Source: Schmidtea polychroa (Eukaryota). From it: a DNA stretch of 64,000 bases. A program made the position numbers and the translations under genes. Below the pieces are notes generated by a model. It was not told where the DNA came from, made no database searches, and saw only the letters and a program-made list of their open reading frames with translations. This document shows positions 49,972 through 62,538 of this stretch, piece after piece; within the stretch, counting starts at the first letter, position 1, and each line of letters starts with the position of its first letter. The stretch lies in contig CM097885.1 in NCBI GenBank assembly GCA_044892525.1, positions 26,972,001-27,036,000 on the forward strand, given 5' to 3'.

Positions 49972-50559
49972 TGTTGTTATTGAATGAGCAGACCAGCTAT
50001 CATCAAATCCTTTTGTTTAATTCTCTGCTATTAATAATTCATGTAGATACACCCTCAGTATGCTGTGGAAATTGGTGTTATAATGGTATTTCTTTAAATA
50101 AATGTTGGATCACGTAGTAATGATAGTTCTGATATCTGTTTCCGAAGTTTTCTTTTGTTGTATTGTAAAAAATGGTGAAACCATGGTGATGAATGAGAAA
50201 TTGATAGTGAAGTCACATAATTTTGATCGATACCTCGAATAATGGAAAAGACATAAGCCCTTCTACCGGCAGTCGGGAAATGGAGAAGTCGAGGTAGGGT
50301 GAAGGAGTAGTCCTAAGGCAGGGGCTCACCTGCTTCACCTTATCTCGCCATCATGGCACAGTACCAACATGGTGTGAATCATGGGTGTCATGATGAGAAA
50401 GTAGTCGTGTAGGTTTTTGATTAGCGGTCAACATAATATGGTGTAAGGTTATTTTTTTGGACTATAATCCCCTGGTAACACGTAAACTCTTGTTGAACTA
50501 GGCGACTCTTTTGGAGTATCTTTTGGAGTCAGATAGTGTGAATAATGCTTGATCGCTAT

Positions 50560-50750
50560 CTTGCTCGTGTTTTAATTTTATTTTTAATTCGAATGTTTTA
50601 TTATTGTGATTTGTACTTTCTATTAAATTTTGTTTACTTAATGTTTATTGTTTTATTTTTATTCTACTTGATGCTGGGTATGCGTGTTATGTACCAACAT
50701 ACTTCGTCACAATTCTAACTTTGGGTCTAAAATTCAGTTTTAGCCCAACA
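50560..50750 (-). mobile_element. 5' end fragment of another TGTTGGGCT-family element
   Basis: Reverse complement reads TGTTGGGCTAAAACTGAATTTTAGACCCAAAG...AATTGTGAC, homologous to 58160. Confidence 0.7.
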
Positions 50751-51434
50751 CATAGAACGACTAAACAGGTAAATTTGACATTAAAACTATACAGAACATA
50801 TTACACTAAGAGTTTGTTCCTAAATTCGAGTCGGCTGATTGGGGCAAACAGATAATCTTTATGCTACTCAAAATCTATCAGAACCAACATTCGACGAAAT
50901 GAGTTGACTTTTGACGAAGGTGGGCGGGTATATTCAAATAATAGGAATGCTATCAAAAAAAAGTCATCGATAATTTTGCTGTAATCAACAAATCGGAATA
51001 ATAGGGAGATCCCTGCGCAAAATTCCCAAATTATATCTAAAGAAGCTCTAATTTAAAGTTAGATATACGTTTTCTTTAATGAAATTAACCAATTATTTTC
51101 CTTTTTATATCATACCCAATAGATTATAATGCAAATAATTCACCTTTTAGTAATTAGAAAAGTAAAAATCTCTAATAGGAAAATTTCATGTTACTGGGAC
51201 TAGACTAGGGAAAATAACAATCCAGAATTGCCCTATACTTAATGTCGATTATGAAAGGTTATTAACCATAATAATTAATCAAATTAAGATTTATACATTA
51301 TGAAAATGACAAAAACGTTGTTTAAAATAACTTAAATTTAACGATTTCAGTTATTTCAAATTTAGTAAATAAAAGCGTCATTTTATCGTTTTATCGTCTT
51401 TTTAGCTTAATCGTATTTACTAAATTTGCAAAAA

Positions 51435-51860
51435 TGTATTTCAAAATCTTTCAACGTCAACTCCAAGACAGTCCAACGGAAGAAGAATTCATTCAGTGAT
51501 CGAGGTGTTCATCAGCAAATCAAATTTATCTGGAGACGGCAGATTAGAAGCTCTATTAGCCCTCGTCCCAGTCAACATCTTCATGTCCCTTGAGGGCTGT
51601 CAGGATCTAGATGAAGCCTCTGTCACCTTAGAATGCAGGTTTATTAAGCGTTCTTCAGGTAGATTTTTTAGGTTCAAATTAAAACAATTGAAACAGGAGC
51701 CTAACGAATCAAACGATGACTTTATGATCAGAGTTCGCCAATCATCTTTGTAAATCCCCACCACCAGCTCTCTCTACCGAAGAACAATACAATCTCTCCT
51801 TTGTGATACTCCTGTAGCGCGTATATCATCAAATGAAATCCGGCAGCGACTATTCACTAG
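51435..51860 (+). pseudogene. Degenerate retrotransposon gag fragment
   Basis: LKQEPNESNDDFMIRVRQ resembles the gag major-homology motif; stops and frameshifts around it. Confidence 0.5.
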
Positions 51861-52249
51861 AATCTATTCACTCGTGCCAGAAATAGATCATACCAAACTG
51901 AAACCGATCGCATTGACAATCCCTCGCTCATTTAACTAACAATGAGTCCATTAATCAAGAAACCACATCATTCAAGAAAGACGAAGCTTTGTAGTGCTCA
52001 ATGCTTTTTGATCAATAGAAACGGTAAACAGCATCTCGTGATAAAACACTATCAACAGATTTACGAATTTGGATTCTTATCCAATACCACGAATAGACGA
52101 TTACCTAAACAAAGTATCCAGAAACCCGATCTTCATTAAAGTTCTTCTCGCCTCTACTCAGCAAATCAGAGACAAACCACTCTATCGTTGAAAAGGAAAC
52201 TGTCGCCATTGTCGAATATTGCCAAAGATGGCTGAACGTGTTGCACTCA

Positions 52250-52858
52250 ATACCATCATTCAACATTTCAACAGACCAAAAAGCTGTTTTATTTCTGGTG
52301 AGGTAGACATTATTCCGTCAATCCGAATAAAATTTTTTTTAGAAAAATCCCATCAAGTTTTGCATATTGTAAAAATAATCACTCAGAAAATTGTTCGGCT
52401 CACTATGATGATGTTTGCCTTGCACATTTTCGAAAGATTGTTAAAAGCCGACAAAAATCAAATGTCTTTGGATCAGTTCTTTACAAAAGGTCAGACAAAA
52501 CCACTGTTGATAGTGAACCTCAGTTTAAGAAAGCAAAAGTTAACGTCAATAGCACTTAAAATAAGAGTTTAATTGTTAAAATTTTGATAAAATAAAATTT
52601 TAATTCATAATTTTTTGCTCTTTATTTACATTCTGTATATCTCTCAAATTTAAGCTTATTGTGCAGTAATCTAATCCAAACATATAATTGTTACAGGTTT
52701 TGAAATTATTTTTATAATTTATAAAAGAATTATGTTTTAATTTTGGGGGATTGGAATCGATTAGGACATTTACAAGGAAAAAGAGGCTCTATTTACGAAA
52801 TTTTTACGTTACGAAACGACTTCCAAACGAATTAATTTCGTAAGTAGAGGTACCACTG
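52250..52858 (+). mobile_element. Tigger/pogo-like transposon 3' fragment
   Basis: C-terminal QMSLDQFF motif; terminal ...TTCGTAAGTAGAGGTACCACTG|TA. Confidence 0.65.
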
Positions 52859-53401
52859 TATTAGGAAATATTATCAGCTATAATAATAATTACTCAAATT
52901 AAAATTTTTATATTAGGAATTATTATTAAGCATTATGGATATGGGATTCAAATTCGAGCTTGGAATGACGGGTTCCGGATAGAACCTGGCCAACAATCCA
53001 GAATGACTATGCACGAACGCACAAACTCCAACCACAACCGAGGGTTTATTCTGCTATCCAATGTAAATCAATGATTCATTACTCGAGAAATCCCCCCAAC
53101 GGACAATGATGGTAATGAGGTTAGAGACAGAGACTGGCTGATTGAGTATAAAAGTAGCTTGAGACGCAAACGCCACTAAGAATGGAGTTGCGTTTCCCAA
53201 ATCTCTATTAACCAGCCGACAATCGTGCCAAATTCTTTAGTTGATGCTTCGAAAGAATATGATGCACAATACCAGATCGAGTTTATCAGAACAAATATGT
53301 TCCTTTCGAAAAATAAAAATCCTGAGTTGCGTCTGTGTGCATCTGTTTTTGGGTTCTGAATTTTATTTTGTGTGCGCACACAAACGCAGACAATTGGTGA
53401 T

Positions 53402-55027
53402 TAGGGCTTGCAATACCGATTTACCGGTTAACCGGTAAATTGCTAAAAAATTCATTACCGAAAAACCGGTAAATTCATTATTTTTTACCGGTTTTTTCGG
53501 TAAAAATTTAAACTTTATATTACACAATATTTATCGTTTTGTTCCGTTCCGTGCATACTATTTTATAAGTAAATAGTTGAATTTAATATTTAAAATTAAT
53601 AATTATACTATAATAAAGAAATTCGACTTTATTTATAAAGTAGTATGTACGGAACAAAACGAAAAATATTGTAAAATATAAAAAGTTTCACACTTCTGTT
53701 CAGTGGTCACAAGTCACACTCGCACCTAAGTAAATATAAAACAAATTTTTGTTTCTTGTTGTGTATGCAAATGCGTGAAATATTCATGCTTAATATTCTA
53801 TTATTCTATCATATATATGTTAAGTGCTCGCTCAAACCGTGTTAAGTGCTCGCTCAAACCGAAGTAGAAATTTTTTATTTGTTTGTAATATTCAAGTTAT
53901 ATACTGACAGAAACGAATGTTTTTCGTGGAATTTCGAAATATTGAACAATTTTAACTGTTAAAATTGAAATACATAAATTGTTGCAGTATATAATTTATA
54001 AAAAATATATCAATTTTTTTTAATATAATAGAACGTCTCATAAAATTTAATAAAGGTAAGGTAATACAAAAAATACTAATTTATTCGTTATTTAAAACCA
54101 AAAAATATTTTAGCCATCATGCGTTCAAATTTAATATGGACCTATTTCAAAGAAACAAATAAGAATGAAGCCGTCTGCAATAGTTGTGCGAAACCGATTA
54201 AATGTGTTGGTGGTAGCACTAGTGGTTTGCATGCCCATCTTAAATCTCAGCATAAAATTAATCTATTGAAGAGAAAAGATGACGAAAGTGATATGGCATC
54301 ATCTAGTCAAATTACAAACAAAGTCATCGCTAGCACTACAAACAATAATATATCAAATTTCTTTATAAAAAAGGTTGATGATTCACTTCCAGCTGTTCTC
54401 GCGCGTTTGACAGCAAAAGATAATATACCGTTTTATAGAGTTGCCACATCCTACGATATCCGAGTACTAATTAAAGCTAAATATAATAAAGAAGTACCAA
54501 GATCTTCCCATACGATCAAAAAAATTGTAATGGACTATGGGGATAAAATTCGCAAACAAGTGGTTGAAGATTTATCCAACCGAAAAGCTAATAATAGTGT
54601 ATTCAGTTTGACGTTTGACGAGTGGACGTCTGTTAAGAATCGACGATATATGAACATAAACGTTTCAGCAGCCGGTCTGATCTGCACCAAGTTGAGGTCG
54701 ATCTTAAATGATAACACGTTAAACACAATGTGTTTTTAAGGCAGTATTTTAATCAAAAACAAGAGTTGAAATGAAGTTTTAATTTTTTTCTAATTTGCGT
54801 TTATACTTTTTTTTATATATTATAATGTTATGATTATGAATTAATAAAATAAAAGAATGAATTAATAAAATAACTGACTTGAATTTTATAAAACATATTA
54901 TAAGTAATTAGTTTGAATAAAATATCAACTAACTAAAATACTCTCAAAATTACCGGTTTACCGGTTTTTTCCACATAAATTACCGAATTACCGGTAATTG
55001 AAAAAGTCGGTAAATTTGCAAGCCCTA
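53402..55027 (+). mobile_element. Internally deleted hAT transposon, 1626 bp
   Basis: TIR TAGGGCTTGCAA, perfect 8-bp TSD TTGGTGAT, subterminal ACCGGT repeats. Confidence 0.96.
54119..54739 (+). CDS. Truncated hAT transposase: BED finger and first catalytic Asp fused to the C-terminal tail
   Basis: IWTYF...CNSC...HLKSQH BED finger, LTFDEWT, then SAAGLICTKLRS typical of the hATC end. Confidence 0.85.
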   Translation: MRSNLIWTYFKETNKNEAVCNSCAKPIKCVGGSTSGLHAHLKSQHKINLLKRKDDESDMASSSQITNKVIASTTNNNISNFFIKKVDDSLPAVLARLTAKDNIPFYRVATSYDIRVLIKAKYNKEVPRSSHTIKKIVMDYGDKIRKQVVEDLSNRKANNSVFSLTFDEWTSVKNRRYMNINVSAAGLICTKLRSILNDNTLNTMCF

Positions 55028-56299
55028 TTGGTGATTCGAGTTGGTAATTGTCGGGTTGATTTATCGAATTTTGGAGTCTTGGATTTTTTGTATGAATTTT
55101 TCGGTTTTATGTAAAATTATTAGAAGTTTTGTTTTAAAAAGGGAACTTGTTTAAATTTTGTACGTTTTGTGAATTCAGTGATTGAATTCAGCACTCCATA
55201 AAGCCGACAGAGAAGTTTATATGTCACTAAAGTTGTGTATTGACAAAACTTGACTGACGGCGATGGCATGCGCAAATTGCCAACGAAACCAGGAGGTAAA
55301 TAAATGCCACGTCTCCAGCTACAATGACATGACAGTAGAGAAATTCACACACACACCCAAGCACACCACGTTAATCAATAATGCTGTACTCCAATCGTTG
55401 ATAACAGGAGGATGAAAGAAATTGTCAAGAGTGTGTAAGTGCAGGTTGCGAAAGGATCGGTGTAGGGGAAACACACATATTCAATATAAGTAATGATTGA
55501 GAAAAAACTGACATTTTCATTCTAAAACAGTAAATGGCAGACAGAAAACAATCCACGAACTCGAGAGGCATGCAGGAATTGGAGTCTCTTTCACGAAGTA
55601 AATTTTTCCAATCTTTTCTAATGTCTTTATTAAATCATTAATTCTATGCGGCCAACCAAATTTTCTTTTATCTCCCGACGATACGAATGGACGGGCATTC
55701 AAATGGTGTTTCAGGCAGGACATTGTCACCTAATTGTAATCGTGATTGTTCAACGTCTGTAAATTTTAAAAGCCTTACAATATGTCGAATTGTCGATAGT
55801 TCTCATAAGTAAAAATATTTTTACAAAAAAGAATGTTAATGAAAATACTCCGGCGAAATTTAATCTAGATTGTTGACATTTGGAGATGTTAAAAGCCCTA
55901 CAAAAGATAAAATTTTCAACGTTTCGTTCAGTAAAACATTTTTCTTGCAGCAATTATTAATATGAACAAATACACATTTGATTTTATTGATTTCTTGGAC
56001 ATTTTTCAATATATGTCCTTAACATTTAACCACAGATGTTGTTTCTATATTTATTATATTCAGTATTTCAGTTTTGTCAAATATAATTTTTGTTGATTTA
56101 AAAAATTACTTGAATGAATTTTTTTTGGATTTCATTTTCTATTAACACTGAAGAGGCCTCATAAATAATCTTAAAATTTCGTTAAAGAAATAAAACTGGA
56201 TAAATACTTCAAACAACGTTAAGACCGAAATCTTTAATTTTTTTATCATGAGGTTTGAATTTAACTTTATGCTGTGTTTACGCTTTATAATACCTAGAT

Positions 56300-57740
56300 C
56301 AGTGATTCTCAAAGTGTGGGTCAGGACACCAAATGGGATATCGTACTAAATTTTTGGGGTCGCAGAAATTTTAACAAAACGGAAGATTACAACCAAAAAA
56401 ACACCCTCTAAACACAGTTTGCCAAGACTGACCCATACACTTATTAAGTATATGAACACTGAGACTACTGCAATTCGAATTGATCTGTTTGATTTATGTA
56501 TAATGCTTTCGTGGTGTTTACATTGTTAAATTTATAGTGTCAAACTATTATTTGTGTAAAACAATAAAATGATAATTTAAGCCTTTTATCCATTTATTGA
56601 CATGTAAATATAAAAAAATAATAATTTTAAAATCATAAATAATTTTAAATGTGAAATAATTACGGGATTTTATTTTCAAAATATACTTCATTTTTAAGGG
56701 GTTCTTGATAAGAAATATTCTTTTAAAGAATTAAATTTTTACATAGTTGTTTTCTAAAAAGTACAAATGTTTTAAATTTGCCGAAGGTAAATAACCTTGA
56801 TTTGAAGAAGTTAAATAATTATTATGATCTTAAATTATTTTTTATTTTTCTTTTATGTCTATATTTCAGAAAGATATTTTTAGGCTATGGATAAGTGAAC
56901 AAATTTGAACCCTACAACTAATTGCCCACCAGAAAATCATAGTATGCAAAACGTGATATTTAGCCAAACACGAAAAAGAAAATATGACGATTCATTTTTG
57001 TCATTTGGATTTTTTGGTTCCAGGACAAAACAGAACAAGACAAAACAGAACATGACAAAACAGAACAATGACAAAAAGGTTTTCACAACGCATTAAATTC
57101 AATATTTCATTGTAGTCACCCAAGCATATGGAATTTATTAGATGCACTAAGACGAGATATGGCTTGTCAGCGATTAATACTAGCCAATGCCCAGACAGGT
57201 CGCCAAGAAGTGATAAAAAAGAAGTACGAAGCCATTGCTCTTCAAGTGTCAATAGTTGTGCAGGAATACCACGCTCATGAAGACAAATTGAGGTATTTAC
57301 GCAGAATGGCCAACCTCCAGTAAAATAAAAATAATGTTCTGTTTTGTCACTGTTCTGTTTTGTCACTGTTCTGTTTTGTCATTGTTCTGTTTTGTCTTGT
57401 TCTGTTTTGTCATGTTGTGTTTTGTCTTGTTCTGTTTTGTCATGTTCTGTCTTGTCTTGTTCTGTTTTGTCCGGTCACCGGATTTTTTTATGTAAATCGC
57501 AATGATGTGGAACAACCTATTTGCATAATTTGCAACGAAATTTTGGCTGCCGAAAACATGAAGCCATCGAAACTGAAACGAGATCTTACGACGAAGCATA
57601 CGAAATACATGGATAAATCAAAGGAATTTTTCGAACGACTTTTAAAGTCATTAAATACAGAAAAACAATGTCTTAATGATTTTATAGGGGTTTCACTCAT
57701 TAGTCTTTTTTCACCCAATATAGTCATAGATAAGGAATAA
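56300..57740 (+). mobile_element. 5' remnant of a hAT Buster/Charlie-type element
   Basis: CAGTGATTCTCAAAGTGTGG terminus; KRKYDDSFLSFGF / PICIICNEILAAENMKPSKLKR split by an insertion. Confidence 0.75.
57016..57479. mobile_element. Non-autonomous Mutator/Foldback-like element, 464 bp
   Basis: 9-bp TSD GGATTTTTT; TIRs built from GACAAAACAGAACA subrepeats. Confidence 0.88.
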
Positions 57741-57759
57741 AAATTTATCTATTTGTGCA

Positions 57760-58140
57760 GCGATGTCTGTTTCTGGAGAGTATTTCAAGGTTGTTACGAA
57801 AACATCATACAACATGGTGAAATTTCACTAGTTTTTATCAAGGTTTATTGAGTTGCTTCATTCAAAAAATATTAAATCCGGATGATGGATAATGTAAGGT
57901 TTTATCATTGCATAGAAGTTTCGCGTTTGATTGATAATACGAATTTTAAATTACTTTTTCTAACACCCTATTCGCCATTTCTAAACCCGATAGAAAATTC
58001 GTTTTCCAAATGGAAAAGTACTGTGATGACAATGCGACCTGAAAATGAAGAACAACTGATACGATATGTAGAAGCAAATGATTTTTTTTCTATGCACGAT
58101 TTTCAGGGATATTGAAGAAGGTATATTTCTAAATCGCTTT
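57760..58140 (+). pseudogene. Tc1/IS630-type DDE transposase fragment
   Basis: MDNVRF and LTPYSPFLNPIENSFSKWK motifs. Confidence 0.8.
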
Positions 58141-58159
58141 TAATACTTGAAATAGATAT

Positions 58160-59980
58160 TGTTGGGCTAGAACTGATTTCTAGACCCAAAATACTAATTG
58201 TGACTGAAATGTGTAGGTACACAGCAAGTAAAAAAGCACCAAGTAGAGTTAAATATTAAAACCTACACCAAATAAACAATATTAACTAAAGAAGAAAGCA
58301 ACAAAAACATAAACAAAGAAATTAAATAAAATTATACAAAAGCAAGAAGTGATGCAAAAATCTAACTCAAAAATAACCAAATAAACATAGAATTACCAAA
58401 AGCAAACTCGAATAACTTAAAAGACGATAAAACATTCCAGAAAAACCCAGAACATTCTATAAAATGGCGATGACCATCACAAAAGTCATCTAGAACAACA
58501 AAAGTTAAGGAAAATAAATAAATTAGTATTAAAAAAAAAAAATCTCAAAAAGAAATTCATAAAAACATCAGTTAAAATAAAAATTAAATTAAAAGTAAAA
58601 TAGAATGTTCTGGAACCGTTCCAAATCCATCATGGACGTAAAATTAATGAAAAATAATTAGAAAATAAAAATTCAAAAATAAAAACAAAAATTATAGCAC
58701 TAAAATTTCCATTAAAAATGTCAAAATCACGAAATAGAAAATTCTGGAATAAAAAGAATTCGAGTTTGTTTTAATGCATCAATACATACACGTGTACAAA
58801 ATAGGTATATATACCGACGCATTTTAGTCACAAGTTAAGCTTTATGCCAAAATTTTTTGTTGATATTACTAGCACTTTATTGAAATTTTAAAGTAAGCAA
58901 TATTTTGGTTATTTTATGCATTGTGTTATGTATTTATTAAACATTTAATCTTAATATGATTTATAAGTTAATCTTAATAGGACTCTATTAAATGAATTCC
59001 AGTTGAAATTTTTGTTTAAATTTTGTTTGAGGGATCAACATCGATCGAACTTATCATCGATTTTGATCCGTCTCACATACTAAATGGGTATCAATATTTA
59101 CAACGTCATTGTGCACGCAGCCTTGACGTAAGCAGGCCACTGCCTGGCATGCACCTCAATATTATAGTGGTGGGATCGTCGGAGGTCGTACCGACTCGGT
59201 GGTATACGCCGCTGGGTTCGTCGATGAATCACCTCCGGACGATGGAGTTCGCGGAACTCGTTATCGGTATTATAATACACGGTAGTATATTACCGCTTAC
59301 ATTCACAATAGGGGCTTGTCGTAGGGAGCACAGTGAGGCCCCGAAAGCAGGCAATATTTCTGTAAATTGACTTTTCACACGTATAATGTACATATAATCT
59401 ATACATTAAAAATCAACAGTGATACACTACCCTAAGGATGATAAATGGAGTAGAGCTCCGGACTCAAATTAACCACAATACACCAAATATATAGTTGGCT
59501 AAACATCTTTCGAGTTAGATTTATGAATCACTACCGACCATAAGAGTATTGATTAGGAAAGTAAAAAATTCTGCCCTTAAATTAGTATCCCCGACTATCC
59601 ACCTATTGATAAAAATATAAATCGTAATCTATAATTTGATATAAATTATAAAATTATGCTGAATTGATTTTTCATAAGATGGCGCTTTCTAAAAGCTGAT
59701 AATAGAGTATAAACCTATAATTTGATGTGAACTTATAAATTATATGAGTTACAAATTAAATATAGATTTTAAATTGTAAATCATAAATCGTAAATTATAT
59801 ATGAATTGTATAAATTACCAGTTATATACTTATGAATTATATAACAAAAAACCCTGCCATTAAATATATATATTATATAAATTGGAAATGATATACTTAT
59901 GTATTATATAGTAAAGAACCCTACCATTGTATATATAAACGATAAACTTATACTAATCGGTCTTTTAGAAAATATAAATT
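58160..59980 (+). mobile_element. TGTTGGGCT-family LTR-like element, 5' part; right boundary not visible
   Basis: Terminus identical to that at 46764; TATATATACCGACGCATT core shared with about 7853; donor GTAAGC at about 58893. Confidence 0.7.
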
Positions 59981-60089
59981 AGTAGATGGATTGGGCACCG
60001 CTGGCACAGGGCACCGCTAGCACAGTACCCCCCCCCCCCCGTCGTCATATTTTTCTAAAATATGGTAAGTCTAAAAGTACAATTTTTTT

Positions 60090-60841
60090 TAAACAAAGAC
60101 ATATGACTCATCAAGGTCATTGAAACAAAGACCATGACTCATAGTATGACTCATCAAAATTGTCAAGGTCATTTAAACAAAGACCATGACTCATCCTATG
60201 ACTCATCAAGGTCATTTTCAAGGTCGTATGACTCATAATATGACTCATCAAGGTCAAAAAATTTTTTTCAAGGTCATTTAAACAAAGACCATGACTCATC
60301 AAGGTCATTTTCAAGGTCAAATGAGTCATACTATGACTCATATGACCTTGAAAATTTTTTTCAAGGTCGTATGACTCATAATATGACTCATCAAAATTTT
60401 CAAGGTCATTTAAACAAAGACCATGACTCATATTATGACTCATCAAGGTCATTTTCAAGGGCAAATGAGTCATAATATGACTCATATGACCTTGAAAAAT
60501 TTTTTTCAAGGTCATCTGACTCATCCTATGACTCATCAAGGTCATTTTCAAGGTCATATGAGTCATAGTATGAGTCATATGACCTTGAAAAAATTTCTCA
60601 AGGTCATATGACTCATATGACCTTGAAAAAATTTCTCAAGGTCATATGACTCATACTATGACTCATCGAAATTTTTTCAAGGTCATATGACTCATACCAT
60701 GACTCATCAAAAATTTTCAAGGTCATTTTCAAGGTCACCTGAGTCATCCTATGACTCATCAAGGTCATTTTCAAGGTCGCATGACTCATCCAAGGTCATT
60801 GCCAAGGTCATATGAGTCATCGCGATGACTCATCAAGGTCA
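60090..60841. promoter_or_regulatory. Array of AP-1-type (TGASTCA) and NR5A/ERR-type (YCAAGGTCA) sites in the Polinton terminal region
   Basis: About 30 and about 25 copies respectively, counted by eye, in both orientations. Confidence 0.7.
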
Positions 60842-61003
60842 TATTATTATTTTTAAAAATATTATTATTTTTATTATTATTTTTAAAAATATTATTATTT
60901 TATTTTTAATTTTTTCAAAGTTCCCGCCAACGAAAATTAATAATCGATAGCTCATTTTAAAGCTCAATCCAAGACCTTTCGAATGAGCTATATATCTTGT
61001 TAC

Positions 61004-61040
<37 letters not shown>

Positions 61041-61192
61041 CTATATACTCCGAGTCAATATACTCCTAGTCTATCCGACAAAATATTTTGTCCCCCTATG
61101 GGTAATGCTCACAAGGGTACTGGTCACGCTCAACAAATCAACAAATCAACAAAACATACATTTATTTAAACAATAAAATTAACAAAGGTAAA

Positions 61193-61684
61193 CTAAATAT
61201 ATATAGTATGATATTCATTAATCAGTGTTGAACAGGCTTGACACTTCCGAACATTCTTCTCATGACACTTAGAACAAACAATTACGTGACCACACGGTAA
61301 ATACAAAACCGAAACTCGATTTTCTTTACAAATTGAACAAGTTAAATATCTTTTCTTAACATCTTTCAATTTTTTCGTTAGCTTATTTTCAATCAAATCG
61401 GCTTTCGCTATCCATTCATAAATCAATCTACTATATCCCGGTTTCAACCTTAAAAACATACAACTCCAAAAGTATTCATTCAGTGAATCGTTGTTTACTG
61501 CTATTTTTTCTAAGTACATTAAATAACAAGATAACTTTAAAATAGATTTCTCATAATTAAATAAATCAAACAAATATTCAATAGAGGAATGTTTGAAAAT
61601 TTTTAAAATATTTATGAGTTGCTTATCACTGTAAGTATCATGATTATTTATAAAATCTTCAAGTGTATTGTTAAAAAATGTCAA
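61193..61684 (-). CDS. IAP-type C-terminal RING finger protein (no BIR seen)
   Basis: CSICKENRVSVLYLPCGHVIVCSKC...CQAC...IYI at the extreme C-terminus. Confidence 0.85.
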   Translation of the reverse strand: MTFFNNTLEDFINNHDTYSDKQLINILKIFKHSSIEYLFDLFNYEKSILKLSCYLMYLEKIAVNNDSLNEYFWSCMFLRLKPGYSRLIYEWIAKADLIENKLTKKLKDVKKRYLTCSICKENRVSVLYLPCGHVIVCSKCHEKNVRKCQACSTLINEYHTIYI

Positions 61685-61965
61685 TGAAATTTCCGAATAG
61701 GCTGGACTTAATTTTTCCTTATTTCTAGTAGGACTTCCTTGCTATAAATGACATATAAAAAAAAATTGTCAAAATAATAAAGTTACCAAATGTGTTACAC
61801 ATTCATCGGTTTTATTTGTATAAATCATTATTAATAACTAAATTACTTTTGTTTTTTACATTTATAAAAATTGTGATAACCAATCAAAATAGAGCTTTCA
61901 AAATGTAACCATCAAATGTATAACAATAATAAGCATGACTAGTACCCTTTGCAACCTGTTTAAAG

Positions 61966-62145
<180 letters not shown>

Positions 62146-62151
62146 TTCATA

Positions 62152-62305
62152 GATATAGCTGCATGCTCACTGCAGACTATATATAAAAATATAGCTGCAT
62201 GCCCACTGCAGACTATATATAAAAAATATAGCTGCATGCCCACTGCAGACTATATATAAAAAACATATAGCTGCATGCTCACTGCAGACTATATATATAA
62301 AAAAA
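62152..62305. repeat. Four ~38-bp tandem repeats upstream of the RING gene
   Basis: ATATAGCTGCATGCYCACTGCAGACTATATATAAAAA x4. Confidence 0.93.
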
Positions 62306-62538
62306 ACATATAAAAGTCACCATTAAATACTTATAAAATAAACTTAAAAATTATAATAAAACAAACTTAAAAATTCGAAAAAAAAAATCTAATTACAAAA
62401 TTTTATTGAATATATACAAATTTTAAATCAATATATAAATACAAGTTTTTATACATTTCTATAAATCAAAATAAAATGTTTTTTTTCAATATATATACAA
62501 GTTTTTGATCAAAAGTTTCTGTACAATTCTGAGTTGCC

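Larger units (their letters stand above)
37714..50480 (+). mobile_element. Outer LTR-like element(s) of the TGTTGGGCT family hosting the 39559-46764 nest; boundaries unresolved
   Basis: TGTTGGGCTGAG at 37714, two CCAAT/TATA promoters, two family ORFs, conserved 3' structure at about 50250; no TSD identified. Confidence 0.45.

Noticed and set aside
55250..55960. Short minus-strand ORFs that might be host exons
   Set aside because: Could not build a consistent spliced frame or recognise a product
60117..60611. MTH/MSH-repeat ORFs, or a CRISPR-like array
   Set aside because: By-product of the motif array; no unique spacers, no cas genes, eukaryotic context
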